From IMG/VR virus record IMGVR_UViG_3300028586_000752, positions 1-54,957 of that record: 54,957 bases of DNA. One strand, 5' to 3'. Below the pieces are notes generated by a model. The model was not told the origin of the DNA and did not search any database. It saw only the letters and a program-made list of their open reading frames with translations. The translations under genes and the position numbers were made by a program. Below, one piece after another: positions 37,560-47,193 of the stretch. The DNA comes from a virus. Its lineage: Duplodnaviria > Caudoviricetes. Position 1 is the first letter of the stretch, and the number at the start of each line of letters is the position of its first letter.

Positions 37560-40500
37560 ATGGCAAACGAGAAGAAGATCCCCAACCCGTTCGAGGGGCT
37601 CGACCCCGTTGAGGGTTCCACCTCCGCTCAACCAGCAAAGGCTGCCGCGGCTGAACCGAACCCATTCGATGGACTCGATGACGCGCCGGCTCCACGTCGC
37701 GGCTATGGGATTGGCGACTTTGCGGCGGATGTGGGCGTTACCGCCGCCAAGGGCGTGATCGGTGTGGGTGAGGGCGTCGTCGGGATTGCTAACATCCCCA
37801 CGCTGGGCCGGGCCGGCAAAGCGTTGTCTTCGATCGGCTACGATCCGCGGGCCGCAAAAGAGCAGCTCGACAGCTATCGCTCCGAAGGGCTGAATGATCA
37901 GCAACGGGAAGTCGACGCGGCCGATGGCTTCACCGACACCGCCAAAGCGCTCATCTCCAACCCCGGCGCTCTCGCTGCCACTGCGGGCGAGTCGCTCCTA
38001 AGCATGTTCGCGGGCGGGGCGATCGGCCGCGGGCTGCGCAGTCTCGCTCCACGCCTCGGGACCGGCCTTGCCGCCGGCATCGGTGAAGGTGCGATCTCTG
38101 GCGGCCAGACCGCCGAGCAAATTCGTCAAGAAACCTCGTCCGGCGATTTGACGCTGGGCCAGACTGCGATTGCTGCTGGTTCCGGCGCGTTGACCGCAGG
38201 CTTGGGAGTCGCGGCGGGCAATCTGTCGCGTAGGCTTGGACTTGCTGACGTGGACGAGTTGATCGTCGGTGGCACGCCAGCGGCCACCGCTGGCGGCAAG
38301 GGTATCGCCCGCCGCATCGGTGAGGGTGCGTTGACCGAGGGCGTGATCGAAGAGCTGCCGCAGTCGGTGCAGGAGCAAGTCGCTCAGAACGTCGCGCTCG
38401 ATCGAGAGTGGGACGAAGGCGTGGGTAAAGCCGCCGCTACCGGAACGATCATCGGTGCCGCAATGGGTGCCGGAGGCAATGCCGTCGCCGGTATTCGTTC
38501 CCGCGGTGCGGGGTCGACCGAAACGCCGCTGGCGGATCAGGCTCCCACGCCAGGAGCTCCCACGCCAACCCCGGCGGGCCCCACGCCAACGCCGGCCGCG
38601 CAAGACCAGGGCGCGCCAGCTTCACGACGGAACGGGTTGTCGAACCAAGACGCTATCCCCGACGACGACCTTCCCCCGGTCGCTCAGCAGGCCCCTGTCC
38701 CGGCAGCGGAGGTCCCAGCAGCGCCGCAATCCGCGCAGCGTCCCGCTCGCGTGATGGAGCCAGAGGAAGACATCTTCGGCGATGCCGCGGCTGCTGAACC
38801 GCCCGCTGCCGACGCAATCCCCGTGTCATCTGCTCCTGCCGTTGCCACCGAGCCTTCGCCAGCCCCCTCGAACCCGGTGGCAGAACTCTCGCCAGCGGCC
38901 GCCGCGCTCGTTGCAGAGGCGGCTTCCCCATTGTCTCGACCGGCCGCCAGCTCGGTCCGGGTGAATGGTCAAGACTTCGTGCTCGATGAAGAGCAGCAGC
39001 TCGCGTGGGATGCGGCCGACGCTGCCCACGCCCGTTCCCTGTCGGGGATGCTGCCGGAGGTCTACCCACGCTCGGCGATCGAGAAAGAGAAGAAAGCTGC
39101 TGGCATGCGCTTGTCCGCGGAGCGCCGCCGCATCACCGGCGCGCTGACCGAAAAAGAGAAGCTCGCCGCCGCCGTCGACGCCGCGAAGATCCGCGCGGGC
39201 GACACGGTGCAAGCGCGCGTTGGTGATCAAGACATCACGGGCACCGTGGAAGGACTTCGCTTCGGCCGGGTGCGCATCAACACCGGCGGCGAGCAAGGCA
39301 TCGTCGAAGCTCCGCACTCGACCGTCAGCAAGCCACAGTTCGCTCCCGCCGCCGCGGAGCCGGCGCCTGCCGTGCAAGCCATCCCCGCGAACGTCGAGGC
39401 TGGCTCGGCGATCGACCCGCAAACCGGCGTTGTTACGATCGCCGATAGCGTCTCCGGGGTGGCGACGACGTTGAATCCCGCGGCCGGCCCGATCTCCGCC
39501 GCCGCCGCCAGCGCCGAAGTCGCAAACCAAAGCATCTCGCGGGCCAAACAGCAGTCGCAGGTTCAGGCCATGGAGGAGCTTGCCGCGGCAGACGCCGCCG
39601 CCGCTCCTCAGGCTGAGCCGACTTTCCACGCCGAAGGGATCTCCGCCCGTGAGCAGGCCGCCCGCTTGGAGACGTCGACCGGGGCCGCGTATGTGGTGGT
39701 TCCGACGGTCGACGACCAGGGCAACCGTGGTTTCCGGGCAGCTCCCGCCGAAGAGGCGTCGCAAGTCTACGGTAAAGACGCCGCCACCGACTTCGCCGCA
39801 GTGATGGAGCTGGCCGCCGCGAAGGATGGCGCGCCGCAAACGCTGCGCAGGTTGCGCGAAAGCGGGGCGAATCTCGACGCCATCGGGCCCGACGGCCGCA
39901 CCCCGCTGACGAGCGCGATTGAGGAAGGCGACACCAAAGCGGCCGCGCGCCTTGCCCGCGCCGGCGCGAACTTGGAGGCTGTCGACGCCAACGGCTTCAC
40001 CGCGCTGCAACTGGCGCTCGCCACGAACAACAATGCTCTCGCCGGTGCGCTGGTTCGTGAAGGCGCGAGCTTGGATCGGGTGCTTTCGATGTCGCAGCGA
40101 GACGCCGAAGAGAATCTTCCGAAGTCCGTGCAATCGCTTGTCGACCAGGCTGCTCAGCGCGACATGTTCACGCCAAAGGCAAGCGAATCCGCGGCGGAGC
40201 CAGTCCAATCGCTCCAATCGACCGCGGCGGGGCAGCCGACCGTGGAAGGAGATCGCCAGACGCTCAGCCGCGATGAGCTGGCGGGCAAGATCGAGCGAAT
40301 CTTCAATGGCGTGAAGCCGGGCCTTGGGACCGATTTGCTGCGCCTTTCGGGGTTCAGCTTGGAGACTGCCGCCGAGATTGGCGGCATAGGGCCTCGCACG
40401 TTCGGCGTAACCGAGATCCAAGGCGGGAAGGCGAACGTCCGCATCCCATTCGATAACATCCCGGCAGACTGGTCTGACGACCGCATCAAAGGCTTGGTCC

Positions 40501-43500
40501 TTCACGAAGTCGCGGTCCACGCCGCCGAGTTGGGAAAGTCGAAGTCGGAGTTCAAAGCGATCCAAAAACGCGTGCTCGACATGGCCCGGACGAACGACGC
40601 GCGTGCGATCAAGGCGTCGATGAGCATCCCCGAAGACACCGACCCCCGCTACTTCGGCGATGAGCTGGTCGCCTACTACATCGAGCAGAACCCGAACACG
40701 ACGATCGCCCGCCAGGTGGTCGAGTGGTTCCGCCAAGCGTTACGCTCGCTGACCAAAGGCTTCGCGCTCAAAGAGACCGGCCGCTTCAATCAGTGGGTCA
40801 ACGGTTTGACGCATGCCGAGCTTTTGAACATGGCGACGGATTCGCTGATTCAGCATGTCGAGAATGGCACGAATCGCTACGACGCTTCCACGGAGGAGGG
40901 CGGCGAGCGCTTATTCTCGCAAGGCTCCGCCGCCGCGACGCCGGCCCGCGATCCAAAAGCTGAGCTTTGGCGGGGCACGAAAGCGAAGATCAAGTATGTC
41001 GACAAGTTCACGACGATGCGCACGCTTGTTCGCAGTGTTGAGCGTGAGCTGGGCCAGCCCATCCCCGACGAATACAACCCGTCGCTCGCGCAAGACAGCG
41101 CGACGGCGATCGCCGGAGAGCAGTCTCGTTTGCTCGATGAGCAGCTCGTGAATCCGTTGCTGGACCTCCTGCGAGACAAAAAGATCTCCATGGACACGCT
41201 GTCGGATTACCTGCAGGCCCGCCATGCTCCGGAGCGCAACGCGGAAATGAAGCGGATTAACCCGAACCGCGCGAACAATGAAGCGCTGTCGGGGATGTCA
41301 AACGAGCAGGCGGCTCAGATTCTTGGGGTCGACATCGCTGGAATGCCGGCTGCCGACGCGATGGCCTTGCTCGACGCGGCTCGCCCCGATTTGCAAGCGG
41401 CCGCCGGCATGGTCGAAGCGATCATCGCCGACAACCGCCGTCGTTCGGTCGAGTTTGATCTCGAAACCAAAGAGACCGTCGACGCGTGGGACGCTAAGTA
41501 TGACTTCTACGTGCCGCTCAAACGCGAAGGCTTCGACGACGTTTTGCGTGGCAACTCCCCACGCCGCGGCACGGCTGGCTCGCTGACGCAAGAAGCGTCA
41601 GGCTCGGACAAACCCGTGGAAAACGTCGTGGCGCATGCGATCTTGGATGCCAAGAAGACGATCAACAAAGCGGCGCAGAACGACGCGCTCGCGGTCATGG
41701 CTGCATTCACTAAGCGATACTTGGACCCGTCGACGGCTCGCCTGATCAAGCCAACGCAAATCGCCGGCCACATTACCAGCCCTCAGGTTGGCGACACTAC
41801 CGTCTATGGGTTGCCGCAGAAGACGGTGTTCCAGACCGATGCCGATGGGAACATCATTGAAGCGCGGCTCCAAGACGATCCGTTCTACTCTGACAAGCCC
41901 AACGTCGTGGCTTACCGGGTCGCCGGCAAAGACTACGCGATCGAGTTCAATGAAGACTCGCCGGTCGCGCGCTCCATCGCCGTCGCTTACACCGGCGAGA
42001 ACGACATCAAAACCGATTCGGAGATCGTCAAAGAGATCGGCAAGATCACGCGCTACATCTCGCAGATCAACACGTCGCTCAATCCGTTCTTCGGCATCAA
42101 GAACATTATCCGCGACACCGGGCACGCCGCGATCGCGATCTCGAACACGCCAATCGCCGGCCGCCAAGCGGAGCTGCTTCGCAACCAGGTGCTCGGCACC
42201 AAAGCGGTGTTTGCGGAGCTCGCCGGAGCCAAACAAGGCAGCGTGGCGTCGCAGCAGCTTCGCAAGCAGTTCAATCGCTTCCGCGAGCTGGGCGGGAAAA
42301 TGGAGTTCTCGAGGATTTATGCGAACGCAGAGGACCAAGTTACGGCGCTGAAAAAGCAGCTCGACAAGGACTGGTTCCTCGACAATGCCGCCGGCCGCGG
42401 TCTCGAAAAAGTCATGCTCGACAAGCCGGCCAGCCTGTTCGTCGACAAGGCTGTCCGTCCGCTCGCCGCCGGCTTGGAGATCTGGAACGAGGCGTTGGAG
42501 AATGGCACCCGCTTCGCGATCTACAAAACAGCTCTCGACAACGGGGTGTCGGAGGCGCAAGCGATCTCCCTCGCTCAAAACTTGACGGTGAACTTCGGCC
42601 GCAAGGGCACCGACACGGCAGTCTTCTCGAACTTTTACGGCTTCTTCAATGCAGCCGTCCAGGGCACAACCTCGGTCGGCCGGACCATCTTCGATACCGA
42701 CAAGCCCGGCCCCTACGGCTTGCCGTTCTCGTTGACGCCAGCCGGCAAGAAGATCCTCGTTGGTGGCATCCTCGCAGGCGTGGCGCAAGCCGCGTTGATG
42801 GCGGCCGCCGGATTCGACGACGACGAGATCCGCGAGAACGACGCGACGAAGAACGTGCTTCTGCCACTGGGGGACAAAGAATATCTGCGCATCCCGATGC
42901 CGCAGGGTTATTCGGTGCTCCCCACCATTGGCCGCCAGGTCTTCAATGCGATCGTCTACGGGAAGCCGCTCGATCGAGTGGCAAAAACGATCGAAGCCAC
43001 CACCGACGGATTCAACCCGATCGGCAGCGGTGGCACGATCTCGCAGACTTTGGCGCCGACCTTCCTCGATCCGTTCGTGCAGCTCACGGAAAACAAGGAC
43101 TTCGCCGGCAATCAGATCTATCGCCGGGACTCGAACCGAAACAACCCAACGCCAGGACACGAACGCTCGAAAGACTCGGCCACCGCGTTCTCCAAGTGGG
43201 CGTCGCATGGGCTCAACAACCTCACCGGCGGGACCGACTACAAGCCCGGCGCGGTGTCGCCAACGCCTGATCAGATCGACTTCATGCTCGGCACGATCGG
43301 GGGCGGGCTGTTCCGCGAAGGACTTCGGATCGCCAATGCGGCGGAGTCTGTCGCGACGGGTGAAGACCTCGACGCGAGCAAGACGCCGATCCTCGCCGGC
43401 TACTACTCGGACGCGGACTCCAACGGCGCGGTGTCTTCGCGCTATGGCGATGTGCTGAAAGTGATCAACGCGCACGAGCTCGAAGTCGAAGGCCGCAAGA

Positions 43501-43715
43501 AAGACCAGGGCGACGTGTCCGGCTACTACACCGACTTCCCCGAGGCTCGTTTGATTCCTTTCGCTCAAAACATCGAGACGCAAGTGAAGAAGCTAAGTGT
43601 GGCGCGGCGCAAGGCCACTGAGCGCGGCGACAAAGAACGGGTCAAGGAGTTGGGCTCGCAGATCGCCGACGTGCAGCGTCGCTTGATCGAGAGGTTTAAA
43701 GAGGAGCGTCAATAA
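37560..43715 (+). CDS. Large polyvalent ejection protein: Gly/Ala N-terminus, 2 ankyrin repeats, zincin-like motif, C-terminal LPD38-like domain
   Basis: DGRTPLTSAIEEGD / NGFTALQLALATNN ankyrin repeats; LVLHEVAVH; ENGTRFAIY, NLTVNFGRKG, YLRIPMPQGY, ENKDFAGNQIY, SPTPDQIDF. Confidence 0.8.
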   Translation: MANEKKIPNPFEGLDPVEGSTSAQPAKAAAAEPNPFDGLDDAPAPRRGYGIGDFAADVGVTAAKGVIGVGEGVVGIANIPTLGRAGKALSSIGYDPRAAKEQLDSYRSEGLNDQQREVDAADGFTDTAKALISNPGALAATAGESLLSMFAGGAIGRGLRSLAPRLGTGLAAGIGEGAISGGQTAEQIRQETSSGDLTLGQTAIAAGSGALTAGLGVAAGNLSRRLGLADVDELIVGGTPAATAGGKGIARRIGEGALTEGVIEELPQSVQEQVAQNVALDREWDEGVGKAAATGTIIGAAMGAGGNAVAGIRSRGAGSTETPLADQAPTPGAPTPTPAGPTPTPAAQDQGAPASRRNGLSNQDAIPDDDLPPVAQQAPVPAAEVPAAPQSAQRPARVMEPEEDIFGDAAAAEPPAADAIPVSSAPAVATEPSPAPSNPVAELSPAAAALVAEAASPLSRPAASSVRVNGQDFVLDEEQQLAWDAADAAHARSLSGMLPEVYPRSAIEKEKKAAGMRLSAERRRITGALTEKEKLAAAVDAAKIRAGDTVQARVGDQDITGTVEGLRFGRVRINTGGEQGIVEAPHSTVSKPQFAPAAAEPAPAVQAIPANVEAGSAIDPQTGVVTIADSVSGVATTLNPAAGPISAAAASAEVANQSISRAKQQSQVQAMEELAAADAAAAPQAEPTFHAEGISAREQAARLETSTGAAYVVVPTVDDQGNRGFRAAPAEEASQVYGKDAATDFAAVMELAAAKDGAPQTLRRLRESGANLDAIGPDGRTPLTSAIEEGDTKAAARLARAGANLEAVDANGFTALQLALATNNNALAGALVREGASLDRVLSMSQRDAEENLPKSVQSLVDQAAQRDMFTPKASESAAEPVQSLQSTAAGQPTVEGDRQTLSRDELAGKIERIFNGVKPGLGTDLLRLSGFSLETAAEIGGIGPRTFGVTEIQGGKANVRIPFDNIPADWSDDRIKGLVLHEVAVHAAELGKSKSEFKAIQKRVLDMARTNDARAIKASMSIPEDTDPRYFGDELVAYYIEQNPNTTIARQVVEWFRQALRSLTKGFALKETGRFNQWVNGLTHAELLNMATDSLIQHVENGTNRYDASTEEGGERLFSQGSAAATPARDPKAELWRGTKAKIKYVDKFTTMRTLVRSVERELGQPIPDEYNPSLAQDSATAIAGEQSRLLDEQLVNPLLDLLRDKKISMDTLSDYLQARHAPERNAEMKRINPNRANNEALSGMSNEQAAQILGVDIAGMPAADAMALLDAARPDLQAAAGMVEAIIADNRRRSVEFDLETKETVDAWDAKYDFYVPLKREGFDDVLRGNSPRRGTAGSLTQEASGSDKPVENVVAHAILDAKKTINKAAQNDALAVMAAFTKRYLDPSTARLIKPTQIAGHITSPQVGDTTVYGLPQKTVFQTDADGNIIEARLQDDPFYSDKPNVVAYRVAGKDYAIEFNEDSPVARSIAVAYTGENDIKTDSEIVKEIGKITRYISQINTSLNPFFGIKNIIRDTGHAAIAISNTPIAGRQAELLRNQVLGTKAVFAELAGAKQGSVASQQLRKQFNRFRELGGKMEFSRIYANAEDQVTALKKQLDKDWFLDNAAGRGLEKVMLDKPASLFVDKAVRPLAAGLEIWNEALENGTRFAIYKTALDNGVSEAQAISLAQNLTVNFGRKGTDTAVFSNFYGFFNAAVQGTTSVGRTIFDTDKPGPYGLPFSLTPAGKKILVGGILAGVAQAALMAAAGFDDDEIRENDATKNVLLPLGDKEYLRIPMPQGYSVLPTIGRQVFNAIVYGKPLDRVAKTIEATTDGFNPIGSGGTISQTLAPTFLDPFVQLTENKDFAGNQIYRRDSNRNNPTPGHERSKDSATAFSKWASHGLNNLTGGTDYKPGAVSPTPDQIDFMLGTIGGGLFREGLRIANAAESVATGEDLDASKTPILAGYYSDADSNGAVSSRYGDVLKVINAHELEVEGRKKDQGDVSGYYTDFPEARLIPFAQNIETQVKKLSVARRKATERGDKERVKELGSQIADVQRRLIERFKEERQ

Positions 43716-43779
43716 AAAAAGGGTGGCATCGCGCGTAAAAAGCCACATAGCGCGCGTTGATGTCGCCATCCTTTTTTTA
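43713..43779. terminator. Long inverted repeat, bidirectional terminator-like
   Basis: taaaaaaagggtggc (43713-43727) pairs with gccatccttttttta (43765-43779). Confidence 0.6.
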
Positions 43780-43791
43780 TACGATGAATCC

Positions 43792-44211
43792 ATGGGGCAA
43801 GAGCATCGCCCCCAAGGGGGAATCGTGGCGATTGGATTTCGTGGCGTTCGACAAGACATCGAGATCCGCCAAGGGGCGGAGGGCGGGCCGTATCTGTGCA
43901 CGCTGACCAACCAAGATGGCTTGCCTTTCGATTTGACGGGGTGCCACTTCAACACGTCAGTCCGCAAGTCGTCGAGCTCTTTGCTGACGCCGTGGGCGCT
44001 GGCCGCGATGGAGTCGGCGGTTGTCGACGCGAAAGCCGGCCGCTTTCAGCTTTGGATCACGTCGCACAACACGGGCTTGATGGAGTGCGGCGAGACTGAG
44101 CAAGACCCGAAGTCGCGTTGGGTATGGCAAGTCGATCTCGTGGAAGCCGACGGTCGCATTTCCCCGGTGGCTTACGGGGCGTTGATCATCTTCCGAAACC
44201 TCTGCGTCTAA
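43792..44211 (+). CDS. BppU-like Ig-fold virion accessory protein (start uncertain)
   Basis: DIEIRQGA...LPFDLTG...AGRFQLWI...WQVDL...VAYG pattern. Confidence 0.55.
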   Translation: MGQEHRPQGGIVAIGFRGVRQDIEIRQGAEGGPYLCTLTNQDGLPFDLTGCHFNTSVRKSSSSLLTPWALAAMESAVVDAKAGRFQLWITSHNTGLMECGETEQDPKSRWVWQVDLVEADGRISPVAYGALIIFRNLCV

Positions 44212-44271
44212 CCAGCATCAATTTATCCACTGCCTTCCGGCAAAACAAAAACAACATCGGGAGCATCACCA

Positions 44272-44679
44272 ATGGCACTCACTTATTCTTTGGCGTTGAA
44301 GATCGATCGGCTCAGCGCCGCGAACACGCGCATCGGTGCCAATGGCATCGTTACGCTCTATGGCGGACAGCGGCCGGCATCGCCTGATGTCGCGCCAGGC
44401 TCCCAGCCTTTGGTTACGTTCGCGGCCTCGTCGACCTTCGCCTCGACTCCTACGACCGCAGTTTTGACGGCCAACCCGATCGCTCAAGGCACGGGGACCG
44501 CAGCCGCTACCGCGGCCGGGACCCCGGCGACTTGGGGCCGGATCGCCGACTCGACTGGCGTCGGCGTGATCGACTTCGAGGTGGGGGCTGGCAAAGACTT
44601 GGTGATGACGCCGGACGCGGTCATTAAGACGAATCTGTCGGTTACGATCGATCAAATCAAGATCACCGCCGGCAACTGA
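44272..44679 (+). CDS. Virion structural protein (paralogue of 29033-29488)
   Basis: TLYGGQRPASPDVAPGSQPLV...GTPATWGRI...GKDLVM. Confidence 0.7.
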   Translation: MALTYSLALKIDRLSAANTRIGANGIVTLYGGQRPASPDVAPGSQPLVTFAASSTFASTPTTAVLTANPIAQGTGTAAATAAGTPATWGRIADSTGVGVIDFEVGAGKDLVMTPDAVIKTNLSVTIDQIKITAGN

Positions 44680-44740
44680 GCGTCTCACGCAGAAACCCTC
44701 GCGGGCTGGCTTCGGCCGGCCCGCTTCGCAAGGAGCCCTC

Positions 44741-45502
44741 ATGTCCATCGTTCCATCGAAAGTCGTCCTGCCACCGGATTCCACCGGCAAAGCGATCGAC
44801 AACACCAACGTCACCACCTCGGCCGGCTCCGTGCATCGTCAAGTGCTCGTGCTCGCCGATCCGGAGAACCCATTGGCCTACGGCGCTGTTGGAAATGCCA
44901 CGCCCGCCGGCAATGAATACGCAAGCCTCGTGCGGCATGTCGGCGTGCTCAATGCGCAGATTACCGGGGCAAGCGGTGTGGCGATGCTGCCTGCCGCCGC
45001 CGCTGCCGCAGACACGATGCCGAATATGGCTGCAACTCAGGTGCTCGCGCCGGGTTTGATGTGGAATGGGTCGTCATGGGATCGGAGTCGCGGCAACACG
45101 AATGTGGCGATGGGCGACACCGGAGTGAAGACTGCTTCGTTTTCCGGCGCGACGCAAACGAATCACAGCGCGCGCGGGGCGAAGATCTTCATCGCCGTCT
45201 CTTCCCTGTCTGGGCTGCTCGCTTCCGTGGCTATTCAGCTTCAATTCTCGCCCGATGGCGGGACGTCGTGGGTGAACATCGGATCTAGCGTTTCGGTGAA
45301 TGGGGCGGGCACTACGATGATCAGCATCTACCCCACCAGCGAAAGTGTTGTGGGCTCAGTGCTAACGCTCTTGGCAATGGGCGTGAATAACTCCATGGCT
45401 TTCAACGCGCCGCTGCCCCGGACTTGGCGGCTCACCTACACCCTCGGCGGCACCACTCCCAGCGCGACGATCTCTGTGTCGTCCGTGGCCTACCTGACCT
45501 AA
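44741..45502 (+). CDS. Putative fibre/spike structural protein
   Basis: AAGGAG SD; WNGSSWDR and QFSPDGGTSWVN beta motifs. Confidence 0.6.
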   Translation: MSIVPSKVVLPPDSTGKAIDNTNVTTSAGSVHRQVLVLADPENPLAYGAVGNATPAGNEYASLVRHVGVLNAQITGASGVAMLPAAAAAADTMPNMAATQVLAPGLMWNGSSWDRSRGNTNVAMGDTGVKTASFSGATQTNHSARGAKIFIAVSSLSGLLASVAIQLQFSPDGGTSWVNIGSSVSVNGAGTTMISIYPTSESVVGSVLTLLAMGVNNSMAFNAPLPRTWRLTYTLGGTTPSATISVSSVAYLT

Positions 45503-45518
45503 CTGCGCCGGAGGCAGC

Positions 45519-46463
45519 ATGCTCCTCGACCTCTGGCTGTTCAGCACGTCGCCGCCTTTGGCCGGGTCGCTCGTCGTTTCGGAGGCGGATGACGTCGCGT
45601 TGGGTGGCGGGAGGGCCGTCGCTCGCGGCTCAATCGCAGCCGGGGATGCTTCCGACGGGATGGTAGGCGGCGGAAGCGCCCGCACCAGGGCGAGCGTATT
45701 GGGCTTTGTCGAACTGAGCGACGCCATGTCCGGGGCCGTGCGTGCGTGGGCCACGGCAAACGGTGGTCTTCGCGAGGGTTTCGACGTCTTAACCGCTGCC
45801 GGCTCATTGCGGTCGACCGGCTATCTTCTTGCCGCCGAATCGAGCGATGACGGGGCCATGGCCGGCTCCATGCGCCTTCAAGCCACGCTCCAAGCGATCG
45901 ATTCGCCGGACGATTTTGCAGCCTATGGCTTGCTTGGCGTTTCAGCTTTGGGCTTGCTTGCTGAGGCGGGGGATTGGCTGGCGGGAGCAGGAGCGCAGCC
46001 AAAAACCGGCGTCGGCGATTTTCAAGACAAAAGTGATGCTCTATTCGGTTCTAGCATAGTTTTTGCCACTGTAACGGCTACGTTAGTAGAAAAGATTGAC
46101 ACCATGGCTGGCGACGGGGCGGCTTTGGGTCGCGGGGCAGCCGGGTTTTCCGAGTCGGCCGATAGCATCAGCGCTGCCGGGTTTTCGCGCATCGGCTCCT
46201 CCGCCTCGCTGTTGGAGGCGGGCGACGTGGCGTGGATGGCGGGGCGGGTCATCCCGACGGCTGCGCCGCGCAGATTGATCTTTTCGATCGCCGCACCAGG
46301 GCGATTGGGGTTCCGGCTCGCGCATGAAGACCGGCGGCCTATGCTGGTCGGCGAGCTGGCCTTGGCGTCGATCTCCATCCGATTCGCGCAGCGCCGAAGG
46401 CCGGCGCTGACGATGGAGATGGCGCATGTTCGGGCGTTCGGCTTCAAGAACGCCTCCGCATAG
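45519..46463 (+). CDS. Repeat-containing fibre-like protein
   Basis: GGAGG SD; ~21-aa ExxDxxxGxG repeats like those in 31850-33838. Confidence 0.6.
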   Translation: MLLDLWLFSTSPPLAGSLVVSEADDVALGGGRAVARGSIAAGDASDGMVGGGSARTRASVLGFVELSDAMSGAVRAWATANGGLREGFDVLTAAGSLRSTGYLLAAESSDDGAMAGSMRLQATLQAIDSPDDFAAYGLLGVSALGLLAEAGDWLAGAGAQPKTGVGDFQDKSDALFGSSIVFATVTATLVEKIDTMAGDGAALGRGAAGFSESADSISAAGFSRIGSSASLLEAGDVAWMAGRVIPTAAPRRLIFSIAAPGRLGFRLAHEDRRPMLVGELALASISIRFAQRRRPALTMEMAHVRAFGFKNASA

Positions 46464-46518
46464 TGTCGTGCGGGTTTGCCGTTGCTCTTCGCCTTTGCCA
46501 TCGCCTTAAAGCGAGGGC

Positions 46519-47146
46519 GGAATGGGTCTCGGGGGATTTACCCAAAGACTTGAATTGCGTAGGGGGAGGGGTTCGAGGAATCCCCCGTAGTGATGTGCCC
46601 CGAAGGGGACAAGTCTGAAGGGCGCCAGACATAAAAGAAATTTTCGGATGAATCCCGTTGCCGGAGGCATGGCCCTAAGGCCAAGGGTTCTTACGAAAAT
46701 TCCCTTTTATGTTGAATCCCCCGAGAGCCATCCTATGCCGATTCTGACGTGCCCCGCGGAGTGAAAAATGGGGGGCCTGTTTTTTGCGCAGCGGGGATAG
46801 AGTGCCGCAGGACACGACCAGCCATTGATGGAAGCCCGTAGTAGAAATGGAGGGGGCCCGCTTGCGGGAGGATCTATTTTTTCGCAGGGCTTCCATCAAG
46901 GGGATCTTGGATCGCCATCGGACGAGACCAGCCGCGGAGCGGGCCCTTGGAGCGCCATAGGACGCGACCAGCCGCCAGGGGGCGGGCCGTTGACCCCAAA
47001 TGCTTTTCGCCGCGCGCCCGCCATCTTCCTTGCGCGGCCCTCTGCCTTTTGATTGAATGAGGATGCCGTCGGGCAATGCTTTGCCCGCCTTATTCACTGG
47101 ATGGCGCAAAGACGCCCTCCCGCTTATGAGCGCCGATGTCGCGCTC
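46519..47146 (+). ncRNA. Candidate large structured non-coding RNA (family not recognised)
   Basis: Nested helices 46522-46540/46713-46731, 46629-46646/46694-46712, 46825-46837/46887-46899 and 47054-47062/47088-47096; G-U pairs favour the + strand; three motif repeats. Confidence 0.6.
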
Positions 47147-47193
47147 CTGAATAACAACAAGAGCCCGACACCAGGGCCACAAAGGAAAGTGAC

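Noticed and set aside
24441-43583. Long minus-strand ORFs (e.g. 24441-26240, 34165-35571, 38826-40736, 41598-43583)
   Set aside because: They are antisense shadows of well-supported plus-strand genes in high-GC DNA, with no motifs of their own.
46555-46600. tRNA suggested by GGTTCGA
   Set aside because: No T-stem closure, cloverleaf or acceptor stem could be built.
46804-46973. Three 20-bp repeats as a mini-CRISPR or a guanidine riboswitch
   Set aside because: The intervening lengths differ greatly (90 vs 20 nt) and are self-complementary. GGACNNGAC only loosely recalls ykkC-type motifs and the rest of those consensus structures was not found.
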